Positions 38,053 to 49,818 of a stretch of 64,000 bases of DNA are shown here, in pieces; position 1 is the first letter of the stretch, and every line of letters begins with the position of its first letter. This DNA is from Lama glama (lineage: Eukaryota). Where the stretch lies: assembly GCA_028534125.1 (NCBI GenBank), contig CM052836.1, positions 12,276,001 to 12,340,000 on the forward strand. Reading direction: 5' to 3'. The notes below the pieces were generated by a model. That model saw only the letters and a program-made list of their open reading frames with translations. It was not told where the DNA came from and did not search any database. The translations under genes were made by a program, and so were the position numbers.

Positions 38053-39244
38053 ACCTTTTTTTCCCCAAAATTTTACTTCATTTTAATTAATCAGATGATG
38101 AAAAAGTTTGGACTCACAAAACAGGATTCAGCAGAAAGCCAGCCCCTCTCGGTGATTCCCCTTTCTTTACTGGGTGTTTGTAACAGTCAAGGAAATATTG
38201 GGACCGAAGCACATAAAAATGAACCAGGCCTGGTTCATCCAAACACCCCCTTTATAGGAAGTGTGTAAGACAGGTGGTAAATGTCTACAGTAGATGCTTG
38301 TAAGTAGTAAATGTCCCTGACAGAGAGATGAAATTCTAGTGAAATTCAAGGGAGGAATTCCATACTCTTGACAGGGAGAATTCAGGAGAGCGCTGTGAGG
38401 GAGGTAATTTCAGATCATCTGGCAAGAGGTGCTGGATTTGAGCAGGTGGAGACAGTCAATGTAAGCTGAGGGCGGAGGCAGTTCTGCTGGGCTGGAAGGG
38501 AGTCTACGAGGTGGGCTGGGAGGTGGCTGGGTTGGAGGGTCTCCCGGGACCTTGAAGGCCAGTGTGTGGAGCAGGGCAGCGAGGACTTACTAAGACAGGG
38601 TGGGCACGAGGGACCCTGGCTTCAGACAGATGAGTGGGAGAGAGGGGAGCACCCTGTGGGGGGTTCAGAAGGCTTTGGATGAGGGTCTGAACCGGGTTAG
38701 TGGCAGGGCCGGCAGTGCAGACAGCAGGGATGTGAGGATGTCTCTAAGAGGCTGTCATGGAGTGCTGGGCGGCACCTTTCTGGAGCAAGAGAGCTGGCAG
38801 TACGCTGGACGCCCGAGAACCACGCTGCCAGCACGGAGCAGGGAGCAGGACAGAAGGAAAGCTGCACGCTCGGAACAGGTGGGATTCCTAACGCTGGGAT
38901 TTGTAAAGGTCCTTTCTGTCTCCTGAGATCGAAAGATCGGTATATGCAAGCATGTAGGTGGCAACTGTCCTCTCTGCGCCTCTGCAGTTACTAAAGGTCT
39001 TCTCGTCCTTGGACCTCCCCACATGGCAGGACTTCAGCGTCTGCTGTGATTTGAGAACATGCAGTGGTGAAACACAATACAGGTAACGCTGAAAATAGAA
39101 TCAATAATCTGTCTTCTGTTGGAAATAGAGACCTGTCTGTTTAATATATTGACTTATTAATTACTAGAAAGTCCTACCGTTGTTCAGAAGTCCCCAATCT
39201 AGGGAGCTATAAAGACACACTGAGCAAATGACCTAGAAGAAAAG

Positions 39245-39990
39245 GCTTGGTTAGGGTGCTTCGGGCCACCAGGAAGGTAGAAAACCCAACTTAGAATGAC
39301 TTAAGCAACATTAGGATTGTTTTTTAAAATCTTTTTAAAATTACTGTTCTTTTTTTTTTCACAATGTTAGCTTCAGGTGTACAGCAGAGCGATTCAGTCA
39401 CACTTATACATGCATATGTGTATATTTTTTCAGAGCCTTTTCAATTACTGCTCACTACGAGAAGTCAAATATAGCAGATTCCTGCTGCTTCTCCATTTCA
39501 CATGGAGATTGTTTCACTGTGTATCCGTCAGAGATTGTTGGTGTTTGTTTTTTTTTTAACTCTCACGTAAGAACTTTGGAGGTGGAGTTTCCCAGGTTAA
39601 TTGAATCATCAGCATAATTAAGTGCTGAGTTTTCTTCAGCCTTCAAGACTCCCATTTCCCCCAGCCCTTCAGCTGGGGTCCCTCGTGGTCTCCCAGTGAC
39701 AAAAGCAGCTGGGGGCACTGCCATTCAGACTCGCCATTTAGCAAAGGGCTCCTTATTCCTATTCTTGTTTCTTTTGTTTGTCTTAAAGAAGGGAACTCTT
39801 TCTCATAAGTACCCCCAGCAGACTTAATCTCTCATCTCATTCTCCTGGACTGAGTGAAATGTTGCCTAAATCAGTCCCTGGCTTATGTCAACCACAATAA
39901 ACACCCTCTGGACAGGGCCAGTGTCCACTGGAATCTAACCATGTCAGCTGTTAAGAGAGGTGAGGAGGGCTGTGCAGGGTTCCATCAGAA
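39245..39990. mobile_element. Old MaLR LTR (MLT1J/K/L-like), interrupted by L1
   Basis: agaaaacccaacttagaatgacttaagcaa and cccccagcagactt..tctcattc..ggactgag..ctaaatcagtccctggc motifs. Confidence 0.45.
39332..39474 (-). mobile_element. Young L1 3' end
   Basis: acaatgttagcttcaggtgtacagcagagcgattcagt. Confidence 0.8.
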
Positions 39991-40005
39991 AGGAGGGCTG
40001 TAGAG

Positions 40006-40534
40006 ATAACTGGATAAAGAAGCTGTGGTATATATAACATGGAATACTACTCAGCCATGAAAAAGAATAAAATAATGTCATTTGCAGCAACATGGGTGAA
40101 CCTGGAGATTGTCATTCTAAACGAAGTCACAAAGAGAAAGCAAACTGCCATATAATATCACTCATATGTGGAATCTAAGATGTGATACTTATTTACAAAA
40201 CAGAAACAGATTCACAGATATAGAAGACAAACTCATGGTTACCAGGGGGAAAGGGGGTGGGAAGGGATACACTGGGAGTTCAAGATTTGCAGGTACTAAC
40301 TAGTGTATATAAAATAGATCAACAACATTTATACTGTACAGCACAGGGAACTATATTCAATATCTTATAGTAACCTATAATAAAAAAAATATAAAAACGA
40401 ATATATATGTATATGTATGACTGAAACATGATGCTATACACCAGAAACTGACACAATATTACGAACTGACTATACTTCAATTACAATTTTTAAAAGGTTA
40501 AAATTTTTAAAATTAAAAAAGTATTTCAAAAGAA
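40006..40534 (+). mobile_element. L1 3' part (ORF2 end + 3' UTR) with 17-bp TSD
   Basis: tggaatactactcagccat..tttgcagcaacatgg..ctatacttcaa; TSD aaaggagggctgtagag (39989) / aaaggggggctgcagag (40535). Confidence 0.92.
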
Positions 40535-41453
40535 AAAGGGGGGCTGCAGAGGTAGGTGGTGGCCAGGAGGCACTGTGACATTTGCAGTCATCCCGACGGG
40601 AGGAGGGAGAAGGGGAGAGAGAATGAGAAGTTGGACAGTAGGTTTTTTTTTTCTTTAACATTTTATATCAATGAATTCAGAAACTGAGAGCAATCTGCCC
40701 TTATTTCTGTCACTGAGGAAACTCATCTCCCAGTGGGAATAGAGTTCTTGGCGTCTCCAGCCACAGCCAGGGTTTGGGGGCGGGGTGGGATTCTAAGTCC
40801 CCGGGGAGCTGGCACCCTGTACTTAGGAGGAAGTAGGAGGAGGGCTCAGGCTGCCAGTCTGGCTGGGCCAGGCGGCTCTGTGATGAGCAGGCTGCCAGCC
40901 CTGGGAACGCGCTTCAAGCTCGAAACGCCCTCTTGGGAGCAGAGAGCAGGCGGCTCGTGGGAACAGCAGACAGGTGCTGTCAGAAAAGTGGAATCGCTGA
41001 TTCTATCTGGAATGACTAATGGTCATTACGCCATGGCTTAGAACAGAGATGCAAGTTCTGCATCCTGTGATGCTCCACTGACACTGGCTTGATGAAAGCA
41101 TCACGATAAATCAGACTGTCTGGGGTTGGTTTACACCCGTTTGTCTCAGATTTGTGAGAGTATTTACCGGTGAAGCCAGTTTCCCTTCCTGGTGCGTGCC
41201 TCAGGGACTTTCCTTCCCTGACTAGGGCGGCTGGCACACATGTGGGGTTTGGATGAGATCAATACTGCAGGCTGAGCTCTTGGTGTCTTCACGTGGGTGC
41301 CGAGCTCCTTCCAGCTGCCAGTGTGATGGATTTGTGTGTTTGCCGTCACTAGGCAACATGAGAGCCTTGAAAAATTCATGCCCAACTGTTCAAATCCAGC
41401 TCATCCTGTCCTTACCAGCAAGGAAACCGGCCTTCCTGTCTGCATTCGTGGGT

Positions 41454-41485
41454 CACTGTCTACACTGTCTACACTGTCTACACTG
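41454..41485. repeat. 9-bp tandem repeat (cactgtcta)x3.5
   Basis: Read directly. Confidence 0.9.
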
Positions 41486-41867
41486 CCAGGGGGCCCCGGG
41501 CTCCCTGGCTCACTTGTTGGCTGTACCATTCTGTGGTCCTCTCTGTTCACGTTCTTATAAGTCAATATGGAGAATATACATCAATACACCGAAATCGAAA
41601 CACGATACCACAGCAAGTAACACAGCGATGGTGATGTTGACCACGGTCATCATTTCACAAATACTCACGTCTCCACCAGGTGCTCTTCTGGGTGTTTGAA
41701 ACCAGCAGTGAACAGGCAATGTCCCTGCCCTCCAGGGATGTCAGTGCAGTCAGTGCAGACAGTGAGCATGTAACCAACTGAATAGATAATTTTAGAAAGT
41801 TCTAAGTATTATGGAAAAAACAAATCGGTATAACCGTGTAGAAAGGTGTAATAATGACATAACCTGC

Positions 41868-41897
41868 TGTGTGTGTGTCACACACACACACACACAC
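41868..41897. repeat. Abutting self-complementary (TG)5/(AC)9 microsatellite
   Basis: tgtgtgtgtgt-c-acacacacacacacacac. Confidence 0.9.
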
Positions 41898-42009
41898 TAA
41901 ACCCTTGTTAAATGTACATGCACACAACGGTGTCCTCTTTGTTGCTCCCAAGACTTTATTTTACGTCAGTAACAAGTTGCATCAGATCAAGTTAAGAACT
42001 CCTTAACTT

Positions 42010-42500
42010 TCCCAATAAATGTTCGCTGAGTTCCTGCTCTGCACCACGCAGGCACTGTTCTGGGCGCTGAGACACAGCATCTAACAAAGCCAGGTCCCTT
42101 CCCTCGTGTAGCTGAGATTCTGGGGTGGGGGTGGGGAAGATAATGAGCAAATAGAGATGGTGATACCTGTTAAGGTGGAAAGCCACACAGGGCAGAGAAA
42201 AGGAAGTGTGGCCTATGGGGACCCGCCCCCACTCCATGTGGTGCTCTGTAGGTGAGTGCCTCAGTGACAAGGTGACATTTGAGCAGCGCTCTGAGGACCA
42301 AAGTGGGCGTCCCAAGGAGGGACATTCTAGGCAGAGGAGGACCAAGGACAGATCCCAGGGGAGAAGCGCATTGAGTGGCCCTAGGGACGGCTGGGATAGG
42401 GGTGGCTTGGTGACGGGGGAGCAGGGGAGACAGGCCAGGCCAGGCATCTGGGGCTGTGTCAGCAATTCTAGGATCTGTGGCTTTCATTTGAGGGGAGGGG
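42010..42500 (-). mobile_element. L2 3' region
   Basis: caataaatgttcgctgag..caggcactgttctgggcgctgagacacagca, aggtgacatttgagcag, cattctaggcagaggga. Confidence 0.75.
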
Positions 42501-42549
42501 TGGCACTGGGGGACTGTAATAAGGAATCTGCAACATAAGGAAGTAACTT

Positions 42550-43810
42550 ATTGATTTAAAAGTTGAAAGTTTGTTTATTTTGATCATCTTTACCCATTTC
42601 CCCCTCCCTCCACCCCGCTGCCTCTGGCAACCACCAATCTGTTCTATATTTCCATGAGTAGATCTTTTAGATTCCACATAAAAATAAGAATGTGCTGTGT
42701 TTCTCTTTTTCTGTCTGACTTACTTCACTTAGCATGTCCCTTCGTGGTCCATCCATGTTACCACACAGGGCAGGATTCCTTCTTTTCATGGCTGAATAAT
42801 ATTCCATTACATATATATATCATATATATAAAAGATGTATTAAGTACCTATTTATAGAGACAGATACATAATTTTCTTTATCCATTCATTCATCAATGGA
42901 CACTTGGGTTTTTTCCCATGTTTTGGCTACTGGGAATAATGCTGCAGTGAACATGAGGGTGTAGATACCTCTTCAGGACAGTGATTTCATTTCCTTTGGA
43001 TAAACACCCAGAAGTGGGATTGCTGGATCCTAGGGTAGATTTATTTAAAAACTTTTGAGGCCCCTCCCTGTGATTTTCTACAGCTGGTCCACCAGTTTAC
43101 TGTCCCACCAGCAAAGCACAGGGGATGCCTTNNNNNNNNNNNNNNNNNNNNNNNNNNNNNNNNNNNNNNNNNNNNNNNNNNNNNNNNNNNNNNNNNNNNN
43201 NNNNNNNNNNNNNNNNNNNNNNNNNNNNNNNNNNNNNNNNNNNNNNNNNNNNNNNNNNNNNNNNNNNNNNNNNNNNNNNNNNNNNNNNNNNNNNNNNNNN
43301 NNNNNNNNNNNNNNAGGTCCTCTGCCCATGTTTAAATCAGACTTTTTTCAACTGAGTCTTACGAATTCTTCATATTTTTTAAGCCCTTATCTGTATATGA
43401 TTTGCAAATATTTCCTCCCATTCCATAGGTTGCCTTTTCATTTTGTTGATGGTTTTATTTACTGTGCAGAAGGTACAGTCTGATACAACTCCAATTGTTT
43501 ACTCTTTTTTTTGTTTCCTTTGTTTTTGATGTCAAATTAAAAAAAATCATCACCCAGACCAACGTCAAGGAGCTTACCACCTATGTTTCCTAGGAGTTTA
43601 ATGGTTTCAGGTTTTATGTTTAAGTCTTTATGCCATTTTGAATCAATTTTTGTGTATGGTGTTAAGATAGTGTTCCAGTTTTGTTTTGTTCTGTCTTGTT
43701 TTTGCATATAGTTGTCCAGTTTTTCCAACACCACTTATTGAAAAGACTAACCTTTCCCCCCATTTTACATTCTTGGCTCTTTTGTTGTCAATTAATTGAC
43801 CACATAGACA
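42550..43810 (-). mobile_element. L1MA-type fragment (3' UTR + ORF2 end), spans a gap
   Basis: cctctggcaaccaccaatctgttc, ttttcatggctgaataatattccatt, cccagaagtgggattgctggatc; minus frame [25 protein letters not shown] is L1 ORF2. Confidence 0.92.
43132..43314. other. Assembly gap (183 N)
   Basis: Run of n. Confidence 1.
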
Positions 43811-46800
43811 AGGAAAAGATTTGAATCCTCTAAATCTAAAACATTTCTGTTACTGTTGTCACGCCTAAAATTGGTGCATGGATTTTGTAACCATAGAACC
43901 TTGGGTCTATAAAAAACTATATTCATTTTTTTTCTTTTTTTCTGATCTTGCATTTTGCTGCTAAAGAGAAAAAGAGTCCCAGCCGTCCCAGCCGGATCTG
44001 AAACCTCCCTCCATCTTCAGTGCATCAGCACCCTGAGTGAGTCACCTCCCTGTCAAAGGACAATTCTTTATCAGGCTCCTAGGTCTGAGGGCACTGAGGC
44101 TGATCATCAGATGAAACAACAGGAAGAAAAAGGAAACTAAGAATACTTCCTGTGCATTTTGACTATTTGTGAAATTTAAAGCTTGATGTTATCATGTACA
44201 AAGAGCAACATTTTAGCGGGAGGCCCAGGTGTTTAAATCCCACCTGTCTACAGATTCAGTATTTATGAATAGCTTCCCACTTAGATGGCCCAAGTCTGGA
44301 TGGAAATAGCTTCTTGCCACCACCTCGAACTTCTCAGCTGTCTTAAGGATCAGTGAGCAGATACAACTGTCCAACATCACAAGCTCCTCAGAATATGAGA
44401 GGGACGTGATACTATCAGCCGTGACTTTGGACATTAATATAAAATGCTGGAAAACATGGCTTTTTGGAGGGGGAGTTTCTTTATGTGTTTATTTGCCAGT
44501 GAAATATCAACATCAGGTATCAGGGAAAAAATGTACCGATTCACCAGGTAGAAGTCTCTCAGAGGCTGAGACACATTTCTGATGGTTTCCCACGTAACTA
44601 TTTTGGACCATCGTATTTGTACAGGTTGGACTTGTGCCTAATCATACACTCAGATCGCTTCAGCCACCCAGACACTTATGGGCAAAAATAGTAAGTCCAC
44701 ACCGAGTTATTATTAGCTTTTGCTGCCTGAATCATGGCTAAGATCTGTTTGTCTTTCGAAGTGATATTGGCGCAAACTGCAGTCAATTTCGGTATTTCCT
44801 TTCCAGCTGGGGCCTCTTTCAGCAGCAGTCAGAAATCCTCTTATAACTCAACGGCGGATCCTTCCTTAAGCTTTGTCGATCTTCCCTTAAAACTGGGGGC
44901 TTTGAGGAAGTCTGACCTACTGTGTATGTTACAGGAACAGGCTTTGTAGTTAGAAACCTTTGGCATGAGACGTACCTACTGTTATCTTAGGTCTGGGGCC
45001 CTACCGCTGAGGCCGGTCACCCAGCAGGATGAGAGATGCTGGAACAGTGAGACCTGCATATTACACAAGGCGTTACCAGCAGGATGGTCAAGTCCACGGT
45101 ACACACAGCAGCGCCCTTCGTCTGACAGGGAGCACTAGGCCGAGGTAGACATGGAAAGTGCGTGTGTGTTTAATGGGCGATTTCATTCGGGAAGTTAATT
45201 TCACTTGGTTCCAAATAAGCTTCAAGTCTTAAGGTGACAATTCTAAGCCGCCTAAACCCTCTCTATTAGTGGACGCAACATAGATACATTCATTTGAGAC
45301 ATACCTGTCTCGTCAGTCAGAAGGTATGAGTTCGGCATTACTTTTAAAGACAGAATTTGGTGTTTCCCCAGACTAGCAGTCCGGTTTGGACATGAGTTAC
45401 TGGCCCAACGAACTCTTTCATGAAGTAGCTCACATCAGAATTTGTGTTGGTGGCAGTGGGGTGGGCGTGGGGCGATATCTGTGATCTTGGTTCTGTCAGT
45501 TTTCCTTCTTCCCTCCGAGCCTCCCCCCTTCCTGGTGCCCTACTTTCACCAAGACCCGTCTCCCCCACCCTCCTACCAGCCCTTACGCTCATCCAGCTTT
45601 TTGGCAAATCTCCATGTAAGTTTGAATCTGATAATTTTTTAAACGAGATCAAAGAAGCATCACCTATGATAAATTTCAGACAAATGGGTAACGAGCGGCA
45701 GGACCGCGGTGGGGTGGCTGGAGGGACTCTGAAATGGGGTTTTGAATCTCTGTCTACTTATTCGTAGGGTCTCAGGGTCGGGGTGAAGGACGGATGTTGA
45801 GAACGCCCCGTCACTCTGGTCTCCACCCACCGCAGACTTTTGCCAGACCAGCCCCAACCAATGCCCTGCAAACAGATAAACCAGAGACACTGACTCCGTC
45901 TGACCTAGCACCTCCTGTCAATAAAATCGTAATAACTATAAACAACTTAGAAGGCCATTTCTGGGAAAACGGTAGAGCAAAACGTTCACTCTGCACTGAC
46001 AGAGAAAAGTAACATTTTAAATCAGATCAGCCTGAAGCACTGACAATATTCAATAAAATGTCTCTAAGCAACACGGTAGGAGAATCAAAGTGCTTCAGCT
46101 GAGCTCATATTAATAGAATAGAAAGGAACCCAAAATAGCCTCACTTTCTTATAAGCAATTCAGTCTGGAAGGTAAATCAAAGTCCTTCCCAAAACTCAGC
46201 CTACTGAGTGGTAACCTCCTTCCAGATAGCCCATGTATGCTTTCAGCACGAGATAACCATGGTCGTAGCCGAGTTTTAGTGTACGTGAAACACTCGGAGA
46301 GTGAGTCCTGGGGAACAGCAGTGATTTAAATGCCCAGGATGCGGGACACGCCCTCTCCCATCCTCCGTCATGAAGACAACTTACAATTAAACAGGATGGC
46401 TCAGGACTCCCGTTCACGTACGCTCCAGTCCCATCTGAGTGGAAGTTTCGGTATTCCTTGGTTAATGACAGCCTAGCTTTGTCAGCAAGAGAGATTCTCC
46501 AAGGAGAAATTTAAATGTCTGTGACAGACCCAAGTAAGAGCTTAACAGATTCTAGTCGAGAAGGGAACATGAGCCCTTTTCATGCCACCTTGATGCCACA
46601 GAACCAAGAACCCTCTAATCCTGGGAGATCAAATTTCCCACCACTTGTGTCTTTGAAATTACAGCGTGGAAATCCACGAACATCCCCATAGCTTTCCCAA
46701 GAGAGACTAGAGTGTGTGCGAACGGCCTTTTTAAATCACAGTCTGGGGTGAAGACTCGTGGCATACATGAGTGTGTTCTTGGCTCTCCTGTGCTCTGCAC

Positions 46801-47804
46801 CGAAACACGTGTGTAATGGGCTCAAGAAAGAGAAAAAAGGAGGCCCTTTTTCTGGCTGTTGGTCTGATTGACAGACCAGCCCTGGGTGCTTTGATTTCTC
46901 TGTTTCTGCCGCCCCAGGAGTTTGGTACAGAAAGTCAGGCAGGGACCATGCAGATCAGTTCACTAGCGAGAAAGGCGTTTAGTGAAATCATACATCCATC
47001 TGGACTTTCACACAGGAAGCATAGTTTTGAGAGTTGTTTATCTGATTAACTTGTTTTTAGAAAACTCACCGAAATTACGTATTCTGTGTGTCCACGGAAG
47101 CTCACCAGAGCTGATGGGTGAGGTCGAGGGCACACATCTTGGTTCCCGGCTGGTCCAGCCAGGTGATCACACAGCTCCTGCCAAAATGAGCCCAGCTTTC
47201 CTCCCTCGTCACATCTGAAGAGTCTGTACACGAATTCTACAACTGCTGCTCTGCGCCTTCAACCCGCCTTCGGTTTCAGAGTGATCAGCCTCACCCACCC
47301 CAGGCTTTTCTCACCCATCTGCTGGGGGGACCTCTGGGAGCCAAGGGCTGAAGCTGTGTGTGTTTCATTGTTTCACTATTCCTGCCACTTTCTCATAGAT
47401 CTCCGTGAAAATGTAAAGTTGTCACAACGTAAAAGGTGCAGGTTGTTTACAGGAAATGACTACGTTCACACAGTGTCCCTTTGCAAGGGCCTCCGCCAAG
47501 CTGCACGTTGCGCTGCCGGCCTCTCCCAGCGTTTTCCTGAGGGAGTCGTCATAACATGCCTCCCCTTTCGTAATCTTTGTGTATCTTGGGTTCTGGGACG
47601 AGTGCACCAGGGGTGACAGTGTCGTGGTGTGTCCACTCAGACGTTCTGCCCACGTGAAGGCTGGCGTCCTGACCTCAGTACGTGTACTTAAAGGCGCCGC
47701 ACCCCGCGGCCAAGTGTTAGATCAGCCCCCGCTCACGCGGTAAAAACATGGTGCTGAGTTGATGGGGAGATTATACTGCTTTCATATATTGCATTTTACA
47801 CAGG

Positions 47805-47966
47805 AAATAAATGACAGGTTCCTACCCTATAGCTCAGGGAACTGTCTTCAATAGCTTGTAACAACCTATAATGAAAAAATATATACACATATACGTATAA
47901 CTGAATCACTATGCTATACACCCGAAAGTAACACAACATTGTAAATCAACAACAATTCAGTAAAAA
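47805..47966 (+). mobile_element. Young L1 3' end
   Basis: cagggaactgtcttcaatagcttgtaacaacctataatg..gtataactgaatcactatgctatacacc..aacattgtaaatcaac. Confidence 0.85.
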
Positions 47967-48146
47967 TATGTGTATTTTATCTTTGCAAGTCTAACCACAG
48001 AATATGATTTATCTGGTTCTAGATTAGCCTTAAAATGTCCCACGTAGGTAAGTCTTCACGTGCGACACCCTGCTGGTAACCCCACACGTCAGCCCCACTG
48101 CTGGCTTCTTTGAGAATCTAGGCTGTTTTCTTTTGGGGGGGGGGCT

Positions 48147-48288
48147 GGGGGAGGGTATAGCTTAGTGGTAGAGTGCGTGTTTAGTGTGCACGAGGTCCTG
48201 GGATCAATCCCCAGTACTTCCATTTAAATCAACCAATCAAATTACAACCCCCTCCCCCGAAAAAATTAAAAAAAAAAAAAGAGAAAAA
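48147..48288 (+). mobile_element. Full-length tRNA-derived SINE (Vic-1 type) with A tail and TSD
   Basis: gggggagggtatagcttagtggtagagtgc..ggtcctgggatcaatccccagtac; A box and mutated B box; TSD agaatctaggct (48113) / agagtctaggct (48289). Confidence 0.92.
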
Positions 48289-48609
48289 AGAGTCTAGGCT
48301 CTTGCATCATCACTGGAGAGATGAGAAGAGGTGCTGGACCAGGAAATACTCTCCCTGGCACTCACGCTTTAGGGAAGAGTGGAGACCCCTGAACTAGGAA
48401 GCAAGAGACTTGCCTTCTTCCCCAGATCAGGGAGAACTGGCCCCGGGAGCCGCGTGACCACAGCTCAGATCACGTCCGTTGCCATTTATGATGGTCCTAC
48501 GTGGCTCCGGGTCACCACGCAGATCACCTTCAAGCTCCCAGAGTGGCCTTCAGTTTCTGCCTCTGTCTGCTCCCACTGCCAGAGGGGTCACCCCATGCAC
48601 GGGTCAGGT

Positions 48610-48816
48610 GTCCAGACTCTGCGGTCAGACTTTGAAGTCTAGGTCTGCCTCTGGCCAGCTGGGCAGGTAGCTCACGGCTCTGGGACTGGAGTTCCTGATC
48701 TGTGAAGGGGGTGGTAACTGTAGCTCCTTGCAGGGCTGTGGTGAGGACTGAGTGAGTGGAAGCCGCCCTCCCCTCGGTGCGGTAACCCACAGAGAGTAAG
48801 TGCTCCGTGTTTGTTA
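48610..48816 (+). mobile_element. MIR
   Basis: agactctgcggtcagac..ctgggcaggtagctcac..gttcctgatctgtgaaggggg..cagggctgtggtgaggactgagtgag..gtaagtgctc. Confidence 0.65.
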
Positions 48817-49704
48817 AAGGACAGTCTTCCCTTCACTTTAACCCTGAATTTCAACCCACCTGCCCCAAGCACTTTCCCAAGTAGATGTATGTGGTGCGAG
48901 GATCAGTGGGCAGTGGTTGAGTTGAGTTAGCAGTTCAGACACGTTGATAGATTCCAGGCATCTGAGGGCAACGAGATTGGTTTTCCTCTGATGCGTGATC
49001 CGTTCTCAGTCACCCTCAGATTCCTGCTCGTATTTCTGTGTCCCCGTGTGAGTGTGAGCCTGGGAGATGTTGTTCCTCGCTCCCACTCCACTTCTGACGA
49101 CTTCCACTCCCCTTCCAAGGTGCAGCGCCAACGTCACCTCTCCTGCGAAGCCTTCCTGACTCCCCAGCTAGGACGGGGCTCCCTCCTCACAGCTGTTTTC
49201 ATGAATGGTCACAGAATTCTTCAGCCGTCCTCCCATTGAGAGTTTAGGTCCATGTGCCTCCCCCGTGCTTCTGGGTGGGCTTGTAGCTGCTTCATCTGAG
49301 AGTCTGTGGCAGGAGTGACACCGGTGTCTCATGAGGCTGGGTCCTGAAAGACAGTGTGGCTCCCACCTTGTTGCTGGAACTCGTCCCCTTGGAGCTGTGA
49401 GGAAGCCTGGCTCCACGCGGGGGCCACGTGTGCACCCGTGGTGGGCAGTCCTGGTCACTGTGTTTCCAGGTCAGGTCCCAGACACTGGCAGCCACCTCCC
49501 CTGTCCTCCGTGCCCCCTCCAAACTCCTAACCCACCAAATCTGTGAGTAGAAGACAATGGTTGCTTTATGTCACTAAGTCCTGGTCTAATTTATTATCAC
49601 CCGGCAAAAGTAATGAGAACCACCTTCTATGAGTCCAGAAGGTTTTGTGTATGCCAGTGTTACAGCACCCAGTAGCCCTGCAGAATAATTGTCTTTGTCA
49701 CACT

Positions 49705-49818
49705 CACTGGATCGCAGGCCCCCAAAGACCAGAACTCTGCTTAACTTGTCATTGTTTGCCTGGAGCCAACACGGTGCCTGGAACATGACAGATACTCAAT
49801 GTGTGTGTTGAACAAACT
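49705..49818 (+). mobile_element. L2 3' terminus
   Basis: acacggtgcctggaacatgacagatactcaatgtgtgtgttgaac. Confidence 0.6.

Noticed and set aside
48147-48222. tRNA gene (also 37975-38050)
   Set aside because: A tail, TSD, mutated B box and multiple diverged copies identify these as SINEs.
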